From the NCBI RefSeq assembly GCF_964355755.1, contig NC_092677.1, positions 4,052,101 to 4,116,100 of the forward strand: a DNA stretch of 64,000 bases. Reading direction: 5' to 3'. Each line of letters opens with the position of its first letter. Positions within the stretch are counted from its first letter, which is position 1. The position numbers and the translations under genes are program-made. Under the pieces are notes generated by a model. That model ran no database searches. It worked only from the letters and a program-made list of their open reading frames with translations, and had not been told where the DNA came from. Below are positions 38,501-50,771 of this stretch, in pieces. Source of the stretch: Antedon mediterranea. Its lineage: Eukaryota; Animalia; Echinodermata.

Positions 38501-41500
38501 TTCTCATTCATGTCCCCTGAATAGAGGGTGTCCCCAAAGAACCGGTATATAATGCTTCTCATTCATGTCCCCTGAATAGAGGGTGTCCCCAAAGAACCGG
38601 TATATAATGCTTCTCATTCATGTCCTCTGAATAGAGGGTGTCCCCAAAGAACCGGTATATAATGCTTCTCATTCATGTCCCCTGAATAGAGGGTGTCCCC
38701 AAAGAACCGGTATATAATGCTTCTCATTCATGTCCCCTGAATAGAGGGTGTCCCCAAAGAACCGGTATATAATGCTTCTCATTCATGTCCCCTGAATAGA
38801 AGGTGTCCCCAAAGAACCGGTATATAATGCTTCTCATTCATGTCCCCTGAATAGAGGGTGTCCCCAAAGAACCGGTATATAATGCTTCTCACTCATGTCC
38901 CCTGAATAGAGGGTGTCCCCAAAGAACCGGTATATAATGCTTCTCATTCATGTCCCCTGAATAGAGGGTGTCCCCAAAGAACCGGTATATAATGCTTCTC
39001 ATTCATGTCCCCTGAATAGAGGGTGTCCCCAAAGAACCGGTATATAATGCTTCTCACTCATGTCCCCTGAATAGAGGGTGTCCCCAAAGAACCGGTATAT
39101 AATGCTTCTCATTCATGTCCCCTGAATAGAGGGTGTCCCCAAAGAACCGGTATATAATGCTTCTCATTCATGTCCCCTGAATAGAGGGTGTCCCCAAAGA
39201 ACCGGTATATAATGCTTCTCATTCATGTCCCCTGAATAGAGGGTGTCCCCAAAGAACTGGTATATAATGCTTCTCATTCATGTCCTCTGAATAGAGGGTG
39301 TCCCCAAAGAACCGGTATATAATGCTTCTCATTCATGTCCCCTGAATAGAGGGTGTCACCAAAGAACCGGTATATAATGCTTCTCATTCATGTCCCCTGA
39401 ATAGAGGGTGTCCCCAAAGAACCGGTATATAATGCTTCTCATTCATTTCCCCTGAATAGAGGGTGTCCCCAAAGAACCGGTATATAATGCTTCTCATTCA
39501 TGTCCCCTGAATAGAGGGTGTCCCCAAAGAACCGGTATATAATGCTTCTCATTCATGTCCCCTGAATAGAGGGTGTCCCCAAAGAACCGGTATATAATGC
39601 TTCTGATTCATGTCCCCTGAATAGAAGGTGTCACCAAAGAACCGGTATATAATGCTTCTCATTCATGTCCCCTGAATAGAGGGTGTCCCCAAAGAACCGG
39701 TATATAATGCTTCTCATTCATGTCCCCTGAATAGAGGGTGTCCCCAAAGAACCGGTATATAATGCTTCTCATTCATGTCCCCTGAATAGAGGGTGTCCCC
39801 AAAGAACCGGTATATAATGCTTCTGATTCATGTCCCCTGAATAGAGGGTGTCCCCAAAGAACCGGTATATAATGCTTTTCATTCATGTCCCCTGAATAGA
39901 GGGTGTCCCCAAAGAACCGGTATATAATGCTTCTCATTCATGTCCCCTGAATAGAGGGTGTCACCAAAGAACCGGTATATAATGCTTCTCATTCATGTCC
40001 CCTGAATAGAGGGTGTCCCCAAAGAACCGGTATATAATGCTTCTCATTCATGTCCCCTGAATAGAGGGTGTCCCCAAAGAACCGGTATATAATGCTTCTC
40101 ATTCATGTCCTCTGAATAGAGGGTGTCCCCAAAGAACCGGTATATAATGCTTCTCATTCATGTCCCCTGAATAGAGGGTGTCACCAAAGAACCGGTATAT
40201 AATGCTTCTCATTCATGTCCCCTGAATAGAGGGTGTCCCCAAAGAACCGGTATATAATGCTTCTCATTCATTTCCCCTGAATAGAGGGTGTCCCCAAAGA
40301 ACCGGTATATAATGCTTCTCATTCATGTCCCCTGAATAGAGGGTGTCCCCAAAGAACCGGTATATAATGCTTCTCATTCATGTCCCCTGAATAGAGGGTG
40401 TCCCCAAAGAACCGGTATATAATGCTTCTGATTCATGTCCCCTGAATAGAGGGTGTCCCCAAAGAACCGGTATATAATGCTTCTGATTCATGTCCCCTGA
40501 ATAGAGGGTGTCCCCAAAGAACCGGTATATAATGCTTCTCATTCATGTCCCCTGAATAGAGGGTGTCCCCAAAGAACCGGTATATAATGCTTCTCATTCA
40601 TATCCCCTGAATAGAGGGTGTCCCCAAAGAACCGGTATATAATGCTTCTCATTCATGTCCCCTGAATAGAGGGTGTCCCCAAAGAACCGGTATATAATGC
40701 TTCTGATTCATGTCCCCTGAATAGAAGGTGTCACCAAAGAACCGGTATATAATGCTTCTCATTCATGTCCCCTGAATAGAGGGTGTCCCCAAAGAACCGG
40801 TATATAATGCTTCTCATTCATATCCCCTGAATAGAGGGTGTCCCCAAAGAACCGGTATATAATGCTTCTCATTCATGTCCCCTGAATAGAGGGTGTCCCC
40901 AAAGAACCGGTATATAATGCTTCTCATTCATGTCCCCTGAATAGAGGGTGTCCCCAAAGAACCGGTATATAATGCTTCTCACTCATGTCCCCTGAATAGA
41001 GGGTGTCCCCAAAGAACCGGTATATAATGCTTCTCATTCATATCCCCTGAATAGAGGGTGTCCCCAAAGAACCGGTATATAATGCTTCTCATTCATGTCC
41101 CCTGAATAGAGGGTGTCCCCAAAGAACCGGTATATAATGCTTCTCATTCATATCCCCTGAATAGAGGGTGTCCCCAAAGAACCGGTATATAATGCTTCTC
41201 ATTCATGTCCACTGAATAGAGGGTGTCCCCAAAGAACCGGTATATAATGCTTCTCATTCATGTCCCCTGAATAGAGGGTGTCCCCAAAGAACCGGTATAT
41301 AATGCTTCTCATTCATGTCCCCTGAATAGAGAGTGTCCCCAAAGAACCGGTATATAATGCTTCTCATTCATGTCCCCTGAATAGAGGGTGTCCCCAAAGA
41401 ACCGGTATATAATGCTTCTCATTCATGTCCCCTGAATAGAGGGTGTCCCCAAAGAACCGGTATATAATGCTTCTCATTCATATCCCCTGAATAGAGGGTG

Positions 41501-44500
41501 TCCCCAAAGAACCGGTATATAATGCTTCTCATTCATGTCCCCTGAATAGAGGGTGTCCCCAAAGAACCGGTATATAATGCTTCTCATTCATGTCCCCTGA
41601 ATAGAGGGTGTCCCCAAAGAACCGGTATATAATGCTTCTCATTCATGTCCCCTGAATAGAGGGTGTCCCCAAAGAACCGGTATATAATGCTTCTCATTCA
41701 TGTCCCCTGAATAGAGGGTGTCCCCAAAGAACCGGTATATAATGCTTCTCATTCATGTCCCCTGAATAGAGGGTGTCCCCAAAGAACCGGTATATAATGC
41801 TTCTGATTCATGTCCCCTGAATAGAGGGTGTCCCCAAAGAACCGGTATATAATGCTTCTCATTCATGTCCCCTGAATAGAGGGTGTCCCCAAAGAACCGG
41901 TATATAATGCTTCTCATTCATGTCCCCTGAATAGAGGGTGTCCCCAAAGAACCGGTATATAATGCTTCTCATTCATGTCCTCTGAATAGAGGGTGTCCCC
42001 AAAGAACCGGTATATAATGCTTCTCATTCATGTCCCCTGAATAGAGGGTGTCCCCAAAGAACCGGTATATAATGCTTCTCATTCATGTCCCCTGAATAGA
42101 GGGTGTCCCCAAAGAACCGGTATATAATGCTTCTCATTCATGTCCCCTGAATAGAAGGTGTCCCCAAAGAACCGGTATATAATGCTTCTCATTCATGTCC
42201 CCTGAATAGAGGGTGTCCCCAAAGAACCGGTATATAATGCTTCTCACTCATGTCCCCTGAATAGAGGGTGTCCCCAAAGAACCGGTATATAATGCTTCTC
42301 ATTCATGTCCCCTGAATAGAGGGTGTCCCCAAAGAACCGGTATATAATGCTTCTCATTCATGTCCCCTGAATAGAGGGTGTCCCCAAAGAACCGGTATAT
42401 AATGCTTCTCACTCATGTCCCCTGAATAGAGGGTGTCCCCAAAGAACCGGTATATAATGCTTCTCATTCATGTCCCCTGAATAGAGGGTGTCCCCAAAGA
42501 ACCGGTATATAATGCTTCTCATTCATGTCCCCTGAATAGAGGGTGTCCCCAAAGAACCGGTATATAATGCTTCTCATTCATGTCCCCTGAATAGAGGGTG
42601 TCCCCAAAGAACCGGTATATAATGCTTCTCATTCATGTCCTCTGAATAGAGGGTGTCCCCAAAGAACCGGTATATAATGCTTCTCATTCATGTCCCCTGA
42701 ATAGAGGGTGTCACCAAAGAACCGGTATATAATGCTTCTCATTCATGTCCCCTGAATAGAGGGTGTCCCCAAAGAACCGGTATATAATGCTTCTCATTCA
42801 TTTCCCCTGAATAGAGGGTGTCCCCAAAGAACCGGTATATAATGCTTCTCATTCATGTCCCCTGAATAGAGGGTGTCCCCAAAGAACCGGTATATAATGC
42901 TTCTCATTCATGTCCCCTGAATAGAGGGTGTCCCCAAAGAACCGGTATATAATGCTTCTGATTCATGTCCCCTGAATAGAAGGTGTCACCAAAGAACCGG
43001 TATATAATGCTTCTCATTCATGTCCCCTGAATAGAGGGTGTCCCCAAAGAACCGGTATATAATGCTTCTCATTCATGTCCCCTGAATAGAGGGTGTCCCC
43101 AAAGAACCGGTATATAATGCTTCTCATTCATGTCCCCTGAATAGAGGGTGTCCCCAAAGAACTGGTATATAATGCTTCTGATTCATGTCCCCTGAATAGA
43201 GGGTGTCCCCAAAGAACCGGTATATAATGCTTCTCATTCATGTCCCCTGAATAGAGGGTGTCCCCAAAGAACCGGTATATAATGCTTCTCATTCATGTCC
43301 CCTGAATAGAGGGTGTCCCCAAAGAACCGGTATATAATGCTTCTCATTCATGTCCCCTGAATAGAGGGTGTCCCCAAAGAACCGGTATATAATGCTTCTC
43401 ATTCATGTCCCCTGAATAGAGGGTGTCCCCAAAGAACCGGTATATAATGCTTCTGATTCATGTCCCCTGAATAGAGGGTGTCCCCAAAGAACCGGTATAT
43501 AATGCTTCTCATTCATGTCCCCTGAATAGAGGGTGTCCCCAAAGAACCGGTATATAATGCTTCTCATTCATGTCCTCTGAATAGAGGGTGTCCCCAAAGA
43601 ACCGGTATATAATGCTTCTCATTCATGTCCCCTGAATAGAGGGTGTCCCCAAAGAACCGGTATATAATGCTTCTCATTCATATCCCCTGAATAGAGGGTG
43701 TCCCCAAAGAACCGGTATATAATGCTTCTCATTCATGTCCCCTGAATAGAGGGTGTCCCCAAAGAACCGGTATATAATGCTTCTCATTCATGTCCCCTGA
43801 ATAGAGGGTGTCCCCAAAGAACCGGTATATAATGCTTCTCATTCATATCCCCTGAATAGAGGGTGTCCCCAAAGAACCGGTATATAATGCTTCTCATTCA
43901 TGTCCCCTGAATAGAGGGTGTCCCCAAAGAACCGGTATATAATGCTTCTCATTCATATCCCCTGAATAGAGGGTGTCCCCAAAGAACCGGTATATAATGC
44001 TTCTCATTCATGTCCCCTGAATAGAGGGTGTCCCCAAAGAACCGGTATATAATGCTTCTCATTCATGTCCCCTGAATAGAGGGTGTCCCCAAAGAACCGG
44101 TATATAATGCTTCTCACTCATGTCCCCTGAATAGAGGGTGTCCCCAAAGAACCGGTATATAATGCTTCTCATTCATATCCCCTGAATAGAGGGTGTCCCC
44201 AAAGAACCGGTATATAATGCTTCTCATTCATGTCCCCTGAATAGAGGGTGTCCCCAAAGAACCGGTATATAATGCTTCTCATTCATATCCCCTGCCCTGA
44301 ATAGAGGGTGTCCCCAAAGAACCGGTATATAATGCTTCTCATTCATGTCCCCTGAATAGAGGGTGTCCCCAAAGAACCGGTATATAATGCTTCTCATTCA
44401 TGTCCCCTGAATAGAGGGTGTCCCCAAAGAACCGGTATATAATGCTTCTCATTCATGTCCCCTGAATAGAGAGTGTCCCCAAAGAACCGGTATATAATGC

Positions 44501-47500
44501 TTCTCATTCATGTCCCCTGAATAGAGGGTGTCCCCAAAGAACCGGTATATAATGCTTCTCATTCATGTCCCCTGAATAGAGGGTGTCCCCAAAGAACCGG
44601 TATATAATGCTTCTCATTCATATCCCCTGAATAGAGGGTGTCCCCAAAGAACCGGTATATAATGCTTCTCATTCATGTCCCCTGAATAGAGGGTGTCCCC
44701 AAAGAACCGGTATATAATGCTTCTCATTCATGTCCCCTGAATAGAGGGTGTCCCCAAAGAACCGGTATATAATGCTTCTCATTCATGTCCCCTGAATAGA
44801 GGGTGTCCCCAAAGAACCGGTATATAATGCTTCTCATTCATGTCCCCTGAATAGAGGGTGTCCCCAAAGAACCGGTATATAATGCTTCTCATTCATGTCC
44901 CCTGAATAGAGGGTGTCCCCAAAGAACCGGTATATAATGCTTCTCATTCATGTCCCCTGAATAGAGGGTGTCCCCAAAGAACCGGTATATAATGCTTCTC
45001 ATTCATGTCCCCTGAATAGAGGGTGTCCCCAAAGAACCGGTATATAATGCTTCTCATTCATGTCCCCTGAATAGAGAGTGTCCCCAAAGAACCGGTATAT
45101 AATGCTTCTCATTCATGTCCCCTGAATAGAGGGTGTCCCCAAAGAACCGGTATATAATGCTTCTCATTCATATCCCCTGAATAGAGGGTGTCCCCAAAGA
45201 ACCGGTATATAATGCTTCTCATTCATGTCCCCTGAATAGAGGGTGTCCCCAAAGAACCGGTATATAATGCTTCTCATTCATGTCCCCTGAATAGAGGGTG
45301 TCCCCAAAGAACCGGTATATAATGCTTCTCATTCATGTCCCCTGAATAGAGGGTGTCCCCAAAGAACCGGTATATAATGCTTCTCATTCATGTCCCCTGA
45401 ATAGAGGGTGTCCCCAAAGAACCGGTATATAATGCTTCTCATTCATGTCCCCTGAATAGAGGGTGTCCCCAAAGAACCGGTATATAATGCTTCTCATTCA
45501 TGTCCCCTGAATAGAGGGTGTCCCCAAAGAACCGGTATATAATGCTTCTCATTCATGTCCCCTGAATAGAGGGTGTCCCCAAAGAACCAGTATATAATGC
45601 TTCTCATTCATGTCCCCTGAATAGAGGGTGTCCCCAAATAACCGGTATATAATGCTTCTCATTCATATCCCCTGAATAGAGGGTGTCCCCAAAGAACCGG
45701 TATATAATGCTTCTCATTCATGTCCCCTGAATAGAGGGTGTCCCCAAAGAACCGGTATATAATGCTTCTCATTCATGTCCCCTGAATAGAGGGTGTCCCC
45801 AAAGAACCGGTATATAATGCTTCTCATTCATGTCCCCTGAATAGAGGGTGTCCCCAAAGAACCGGTATATAATGCTTCTGATTCATGTCCCCTGAATAGA
45901 GGGTGTCCCCAAAGAACCGGTATATAATGCTTCTCATTCATGTCCCCTGAATAGAGGGTGTCCCCAAAGAACCGGTATATAATGCTTCTCATTCATGTCC
46001 CCTGAATAGAGGGTGTCCCCAAAGAACCGGTATATAATGCTTCTCATTCATGTCCCCTGAATAGAGGGTGTCCCCAAAGAACCGGTATATAATGCTTCTC
46101 ATTCATATCCCCTGAATAGAGGGTGTCCCCAAAGAACCGGTATATAATGCTTCTCATTCATGTCCCCTGAATAGAGGGTGTCCCCAAAGAACCGGTATAT
46201 AATGCTTCTCATTCATGTCCCCTGAATAGAGGGTGTCCCCAAAGAACCGGTATATAATGCTTCTCATTCATGTCCCCTGAATAGAGGGTGTCCCCAAAGA
46301 ACCGGTATATAATGCTTCTCATTCATGTCCCCTGAATAGAGGGTGTCCCCAAAGAACCGGTATATAATGCTTCTCATTCATGTCCCCTGAATAGAGGGTG
46401 TCCCCAAAGAACCGGTTTAACTGTACAATACAAAACATTTAAATATATTTTCGTGAAAATGGTATTATGTTTGTTATATTAATTGCTACTTACTCAGTGG
46501 AAATGCTGTTGATTTTTCCGTTATGGAGTTTAAAGAAACACCAAATGGAGGCACACTCTGGTTAAGATACAAAAGTGAGTTTACAGCAAATATTAAGACT
46601 CCACCTTGAAAATAAGAAAAATGCTATTATAATTTGTGATAAACAAATAAATTATGTTCTCAAAAAATTTCAAATAGATATTTAAAAATAAATTATTTTA
46701 TAATAAATTATGACCCCTCATTCGTATCACGGAAAATGTCCAATTACAGGGGTGTCACCTGAATAAATGGTTTTTCACACCTGTTCCAGTCGGGGGTACA
46801 TCATTACGTTTCGAAACAGCTACACGCATATTGATTGGTTCTTAGTGAAAATGAAACATTGACGTTTGATTTGATTTGCCGGTGCCGGACCGGGACAGTA
46901 CCAGAACAGGTGTGAAACGCCCTTAAGGGTGTCCCAAAGATGGGCTTCTACTGTATTTTATCCTTTTTATCTGCATAGTCTTACCGATAGGTTTTGGAAC
47001 GGCTTGTATTTGTGTACAATCAAAGGGCAAGTTACTCTGCGCCCAGATTACAGGATGAACTTTCTCGGCAATATTTAGCGACAATGCTACAATTGAACAT
47101 GTGTCATTACGAACAGCAATACGTCTGAGGAGAAACCATGTATTCAAAATATTCCATTGTAAATTAAAAGTTCCAAAGGAGATTTTCCACTTTAGTATTT
47201 AATTATACTATTTAGTATATTAAAATCACAACAAAAGAAAAATCCACTGGATGGTTGTTGGTTTTTTTTTATATGGAGGTAAACAAAATTGAAAAAAAAA
47301 AGGCAAGGAATGTGATACGCTTACCCCGGACAAGTACGCAGCGGCTCATGAAGAACAAGCAACGTTGGTTCGTAGTAACCATGCAGAAACTGTATGTCAA
47401 TCACATGGAAAATGTTCTCGTCCAATGTGTTTAAATCTATCATGTATGTCGGTTGCACTGCTGATCGACTAATACACAAGAAAAAATAATACAGTCTCAA

Positions 47501-49678
47501 GATATGCATGCAATAGTACCTCCAATTGTTGAGAATAGACGGTAATGATGATAATAGTTGTCTTTTGTATAGAGCCTAATAAATTTTCTCTAAAAAAAAG
47601 CTCAAACTATGTAGAAATTATGTCATTTCATACTATGTTTTCAGCAACTGTTTGAGTAGAGTTGGCATTCTTGATTGGTTGATTGATTTTACATGATTTA
47701 AAATCAACCAATCAAATGGTATGTTATAAAACAATTCTTCTTTTATCAATACTTTAAAAGACTTTTACACCATTTAAAATACATTTTAAAAATATAATGA
47801 TTTTTTGCACCCTACCTTTCAGTTATAATGTCAACGTCATCTAAAACGCTTTCTTTCTTAAATGGAACTACGACTAACTTGGTAGAGTACACCACCATAG
47901 CGGCACATCGATTCTCAGGATCCACACGCACTTCAGGGATCGTGAAACGATCAAAATATCCATTCTGTAATTAATAACATAAATTTATTTTTAAACAAAA
48001 TAGCAATCAGGGGACATCCCTATTAGGGGGAAACAAGGTCAACCCCTATTTATGCGAAACCCCTATCAAACTAGTTTGACAACAAAATCTGTGAAGTGCC
48101 CAAATATCGTAGTGATATGCCCAAATATGGTAGTGATATGACATCTTCGTGTACATATATGGGCACATCACATTTTTTGTCACATAAAGTTTGATAGCGT
48201 AGACAGAGCTTAAGGGCAAGGGACACTTTGTTCAGTCCAAAAGGTATTCCTCTAACATGGATTTTATAGTGTAGTATACCAACTAATATTATAAACCAAG
48301 CGGTCTGTTGTTACAATTTACATGGATAAATCTAGATAACTAACCTTTAATTCGTTGTCCTCAAAATGGTGCATAGACAGGGTCTTCAGATCGTGAGTGC
48401 CAGGATCATACTCCACCAAAGATATCTAATTGTATCAGAAACATAAAATATATTCATTAACATAGAAGATTTGTTAATGCAAATTTTAAGAGAAAATATC
48501 ATCATCATATCATCATTTGAATCCATTGCATGGTTTCAAAGCCATCATGTTTTTTAGGAGAATTTAAAGAACATGTTCACAAGTCAGAATAATAGAGCAG
48601 GTGGAAAAATTCAACTATAGACCAGTGTCAAAACTCACCTACAGCTGAGAACTGTCTTAAAATTTTTACCAACTATTGACCAGAATCAGAATGAACTACA
48701 CTATCAAACTTTATGTGACAAAAAAGTGTGATGTTCCCAAATATGGTAGTGATATGATGTCATCATGTCCATATATGGGCACATCACATTTTTTGTTCAC
48801 TTAAAGTTTAATAGTGTAGACAGAGCTTAACAGTATACTCATTTATGAGAAGACAAAGCTACGTTACCTTAGCCTCACTAAAGCTGATAAGTAGGGAATC
48901 TCTTGAGGAGCCTGATAGCTGGACTGGCTTCACTGACATGATGCTGCCAAACATAGAGAATGTCTGTAAGTGTTCTAACCTGTCCTTCTTGGGTTTTAAG
49001 TCTGCAAATGAGGCATAATGAATACACAAATCAAAATGTATAGCACAGTACAGTAAAACCCTTCAGCTGGAACACCCCTATTCAGGGGACAATCATATTA
49101 CTATTAAGGGGACACTTTAATGTAAAACAAATGAGGGGTAACATGGGGTAATGTTTTAACAGGGGCCACATTAAATTGATAATGATTATTTTTTTTACCT
49201 GCAGATGTTTCTGTGTTCTTAGAGCCTTCATTTTCCTGATTTTCCTGCAAAAGATATAACCATATTTGGGCATCCACTATTTATACTACAATGCTAGTTA
49301 TAAAAAGTCTGAATGATAAAAGTATTTGTATTTAAAAGATATATTAAGGGACCATGTCTAAAATATTATACAACAGTTACTACATATTCTTTTCTTTAAC
49401 CTGTTTATGCAAACATTTTGAATTATTTAGCCAGTTTTTTTAGATAAGCATACGCAAAATATTTATTTAAGTTACGGCCCTCATACTACATACTAAAAAA
49501 AATCGTACATTATTGCAGTAATAGACAGTGTTACCTGATTGTCTTTAGAAAGCCTATAAACATGAAGTTGGTTTGTGTCCGCTATGAGTAGGCTCTCTTC
49601 GTCACCGTTGTAGAAATTGCAGTAAACGCAATGCTCTATGCCAGTTGGCGGGTGCGTTTGCTTGTACATAGCATACAT
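17590..49678 (-). CDS. CPSF1: Cleavage and polyadenylation specificity factor subunit 1 (CPSF160), more than 30 small exons
   Basis: Starts [22 protein letters not shown] (49678-49535). Internal exons include [128 protein letters not shown] and [10 protein letters not shown]. Last exon [15 protein letters not shown] with TGA at 17592-17590. The exons checked have GT-AG ends. Confidence 0.97.
19113..19250. mobile_element. About 140-bp MITE (AGCTCTGTCTACACTATCAAACT TIR family); representative copy
   Basis: TIR ...CTGTCTACACTATCAAACT / AGTTTGATAGTGTAGACAGAGCT with a shared core CCCATATATGGACATGATG...CACTACCATATTTGGGCACATCAC. Other full or partial copies at about 19440-19543, 20230-20280, 21528-21565, 23096-23228, 25485-25597, 48063-48213 and 48698-48830. 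Confidence 0.85.
19860..19998 (-). mobile_element. tRNA-derived SINE fragment
   Basis: Minus strand GGAGCTGTAGCTTGGTGGTTA (A box) ... CAGGGTTCAATCCTG (B box), followed by a non-tRNA body. Confidence 0.6.
21720..22036 (+). mobile_element. tRNA-derived SINE with a Deu/Nin-like central domain
   Basis: A box TGGCCGAGCGG, B box GGTTCGAGGC, central GGATAAGGACTATAAACCGTAGGTCC...TTAAAGAACC...GAGTAGGGG resembling the DeuSINE domain (from memory), and an (AAAC)n tail. Confidence 0.75.
23457..23968. mobile_element. Tc1/mariner-pogo-type MITE
   Basis: TA|CAGTAGAACCT...TTTTACGTAC at the left end and GTACGTAAAATGGAGGTTCTACTG|TA at the right end; subterminal TTTTACGT repeats. Confidence 0.85.
27818..28039 (-). 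mobile_element. tRNA-derived SINE inserted into the 21-bp array, with a 9-bp TSD
   Basis: Minus strand GGAGTTGGATAGCCGAGTGGTTAG (A box), GGGTTCAATTCCC (B box), then CCAGTCCACTCAGCTGTAAATGAGTACC. Flanked by AGGAACAGT at 27809-27817 and 28040-28048. Confidence 0.85.
28040..30556. repeat. 21-bp minisatellite (AGGAACAGTACTTACCAAATA)n, about 120 copies; each unit contains the CPSF1 5' splice site TTG|GTAAGT on the coding strand
   Basis: Direct reading. The last unit overlaps the authentic donor (exon ends 30554; intron 30553-27772). Confidence 0.98.
31695..31862. mobile_element. Short MITE
   Basis: TIRs CAGTCAACTCTCCCAAATACCGGAC / GTCCGGTATTGGGAGAGTTGACTG. Confidence 0.8.
32276..46415. repeat. 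55-bp satellite, 257 copies, inside a CPSF1 intron (32125-46493)
   Basis: Unit TATATAATGCTTCTCATTCATGTCCCCTGAATAGAGGGTGTCCCCAAAGAACCGG; 14140 bp = 257 x 55 plus one 5-bp insertion near 44291; only scattered single-base variants. Confidence 0.98.
46769..46922. mobile_element. Short TIR element nested in a GGGGTGTC-family MITE remnant
   Basis: TTTCACACCTGTTC at the left end and GAACAGGTGTGAAA at the right end; the host remnant ends GGCTTCTACTGTA. Confidence 0.55.
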
Positions 49679-49699
49679 GATTAGTTTTAGCAGTCATTC

Positions 49700-50770
49700 A
49701 TATCAAACAAACTGTAAACAAACTAAACACATTTCCTCATTTTTTATCATAAATTACATTAAAATGTATAAAATGTACAATTAAACTTAAAAAAAATTAA
49801 ATGATAATGTTAGCATGTACTTGATAACATTTTATATCATAAAACAACGGTCCCTACCGGGCGTAGCTTAATATGCACCGGTCGTTGATTAGAATGATCG
49901 GTACGAAATGACCACTGAGATTCATAAGGACACGATACCAAACATTAGGTGTGGATTATATTTATGCTAGCTGGGCCTGGGAGCTACACATTACAATTGT
50001 GATCTGAAATGCAAAAAGAAATACCTATATCTAAAATGTACTAAACTGCATTACAATTAATCATTGAAATACCTACAATAAACCATTTACAGTGGTAGTA
50101 AACTTGAGAAACTAAGCAAATACATCAACAAGTAGTGCAAAAAGAAGCGTGTGTTGGTACTGACTGAACTTTGAACTCTGACCTGACCTGAAATATCAAC
50201 ACAAACACACATGTTTCGTGTGTTTACATCATTTGTTGTCTCAAATTAATGTAACTTATTGATCTAATGATACTATACTATACTACTTGTTTTTATTTAC
50301 TTGATTCATAATCTAGGTTTGCTGAATACTAGGCCTAGCTAGGCTAATTATTGATTATTTATTGGCATAAAATAGGGTTTTTTCCTCACTCGTTCAGACC
50401 AGGCCAGGCAGTAAGTCACAGTCACAGAGGACGGTGGCCCTCTACTCTACTCACTGTCTATATACGTCGCCGCCTTAGGTAGGCTAGCTTAGATAGGCCC
50501 TATGTAGTAGATTAGAGGTAGATCATGGAGTATATATATGCATACTGTAGGCTTAATATATAGTTAGAATAAAAGGTATTATTAAATATTAATGATCAAT
50601 AAATTTTATTAATAAGCCTATATTATTATTAGTTTTACAATTTTTTTACAAATAAAACACTGTTTTGTTAATAATTAAATTCAATAATAAAATAAAAATT
50701 GATTTAATCAGTACTTGTTGCAGAGAAGTATCTAATCCTCACACACCAATAGGCCTACATAATAGTAGAA
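49700..50770. promoter_or_regulatory. Divergent promoter and 5' UTR region shared by CPSF1 and POP4
   Basis: Start codons at 49678 (-) and 50772 (+) are about 1.1 kb apart. Likely POP4 non-coding exon donor AG|GTAGGC near 50478 and acceptor TTGCAG| near 50723. Confidence 0.55.
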
Positions 50771-50771
50771 G

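Noticed and set aside
32276-46415. CRISPR-like array
   Set aside because: Head-to-tail near-identical units with no unique spacers, no cas genes, and a eukaryotic intronic context. The same applies to the 21-bp array.
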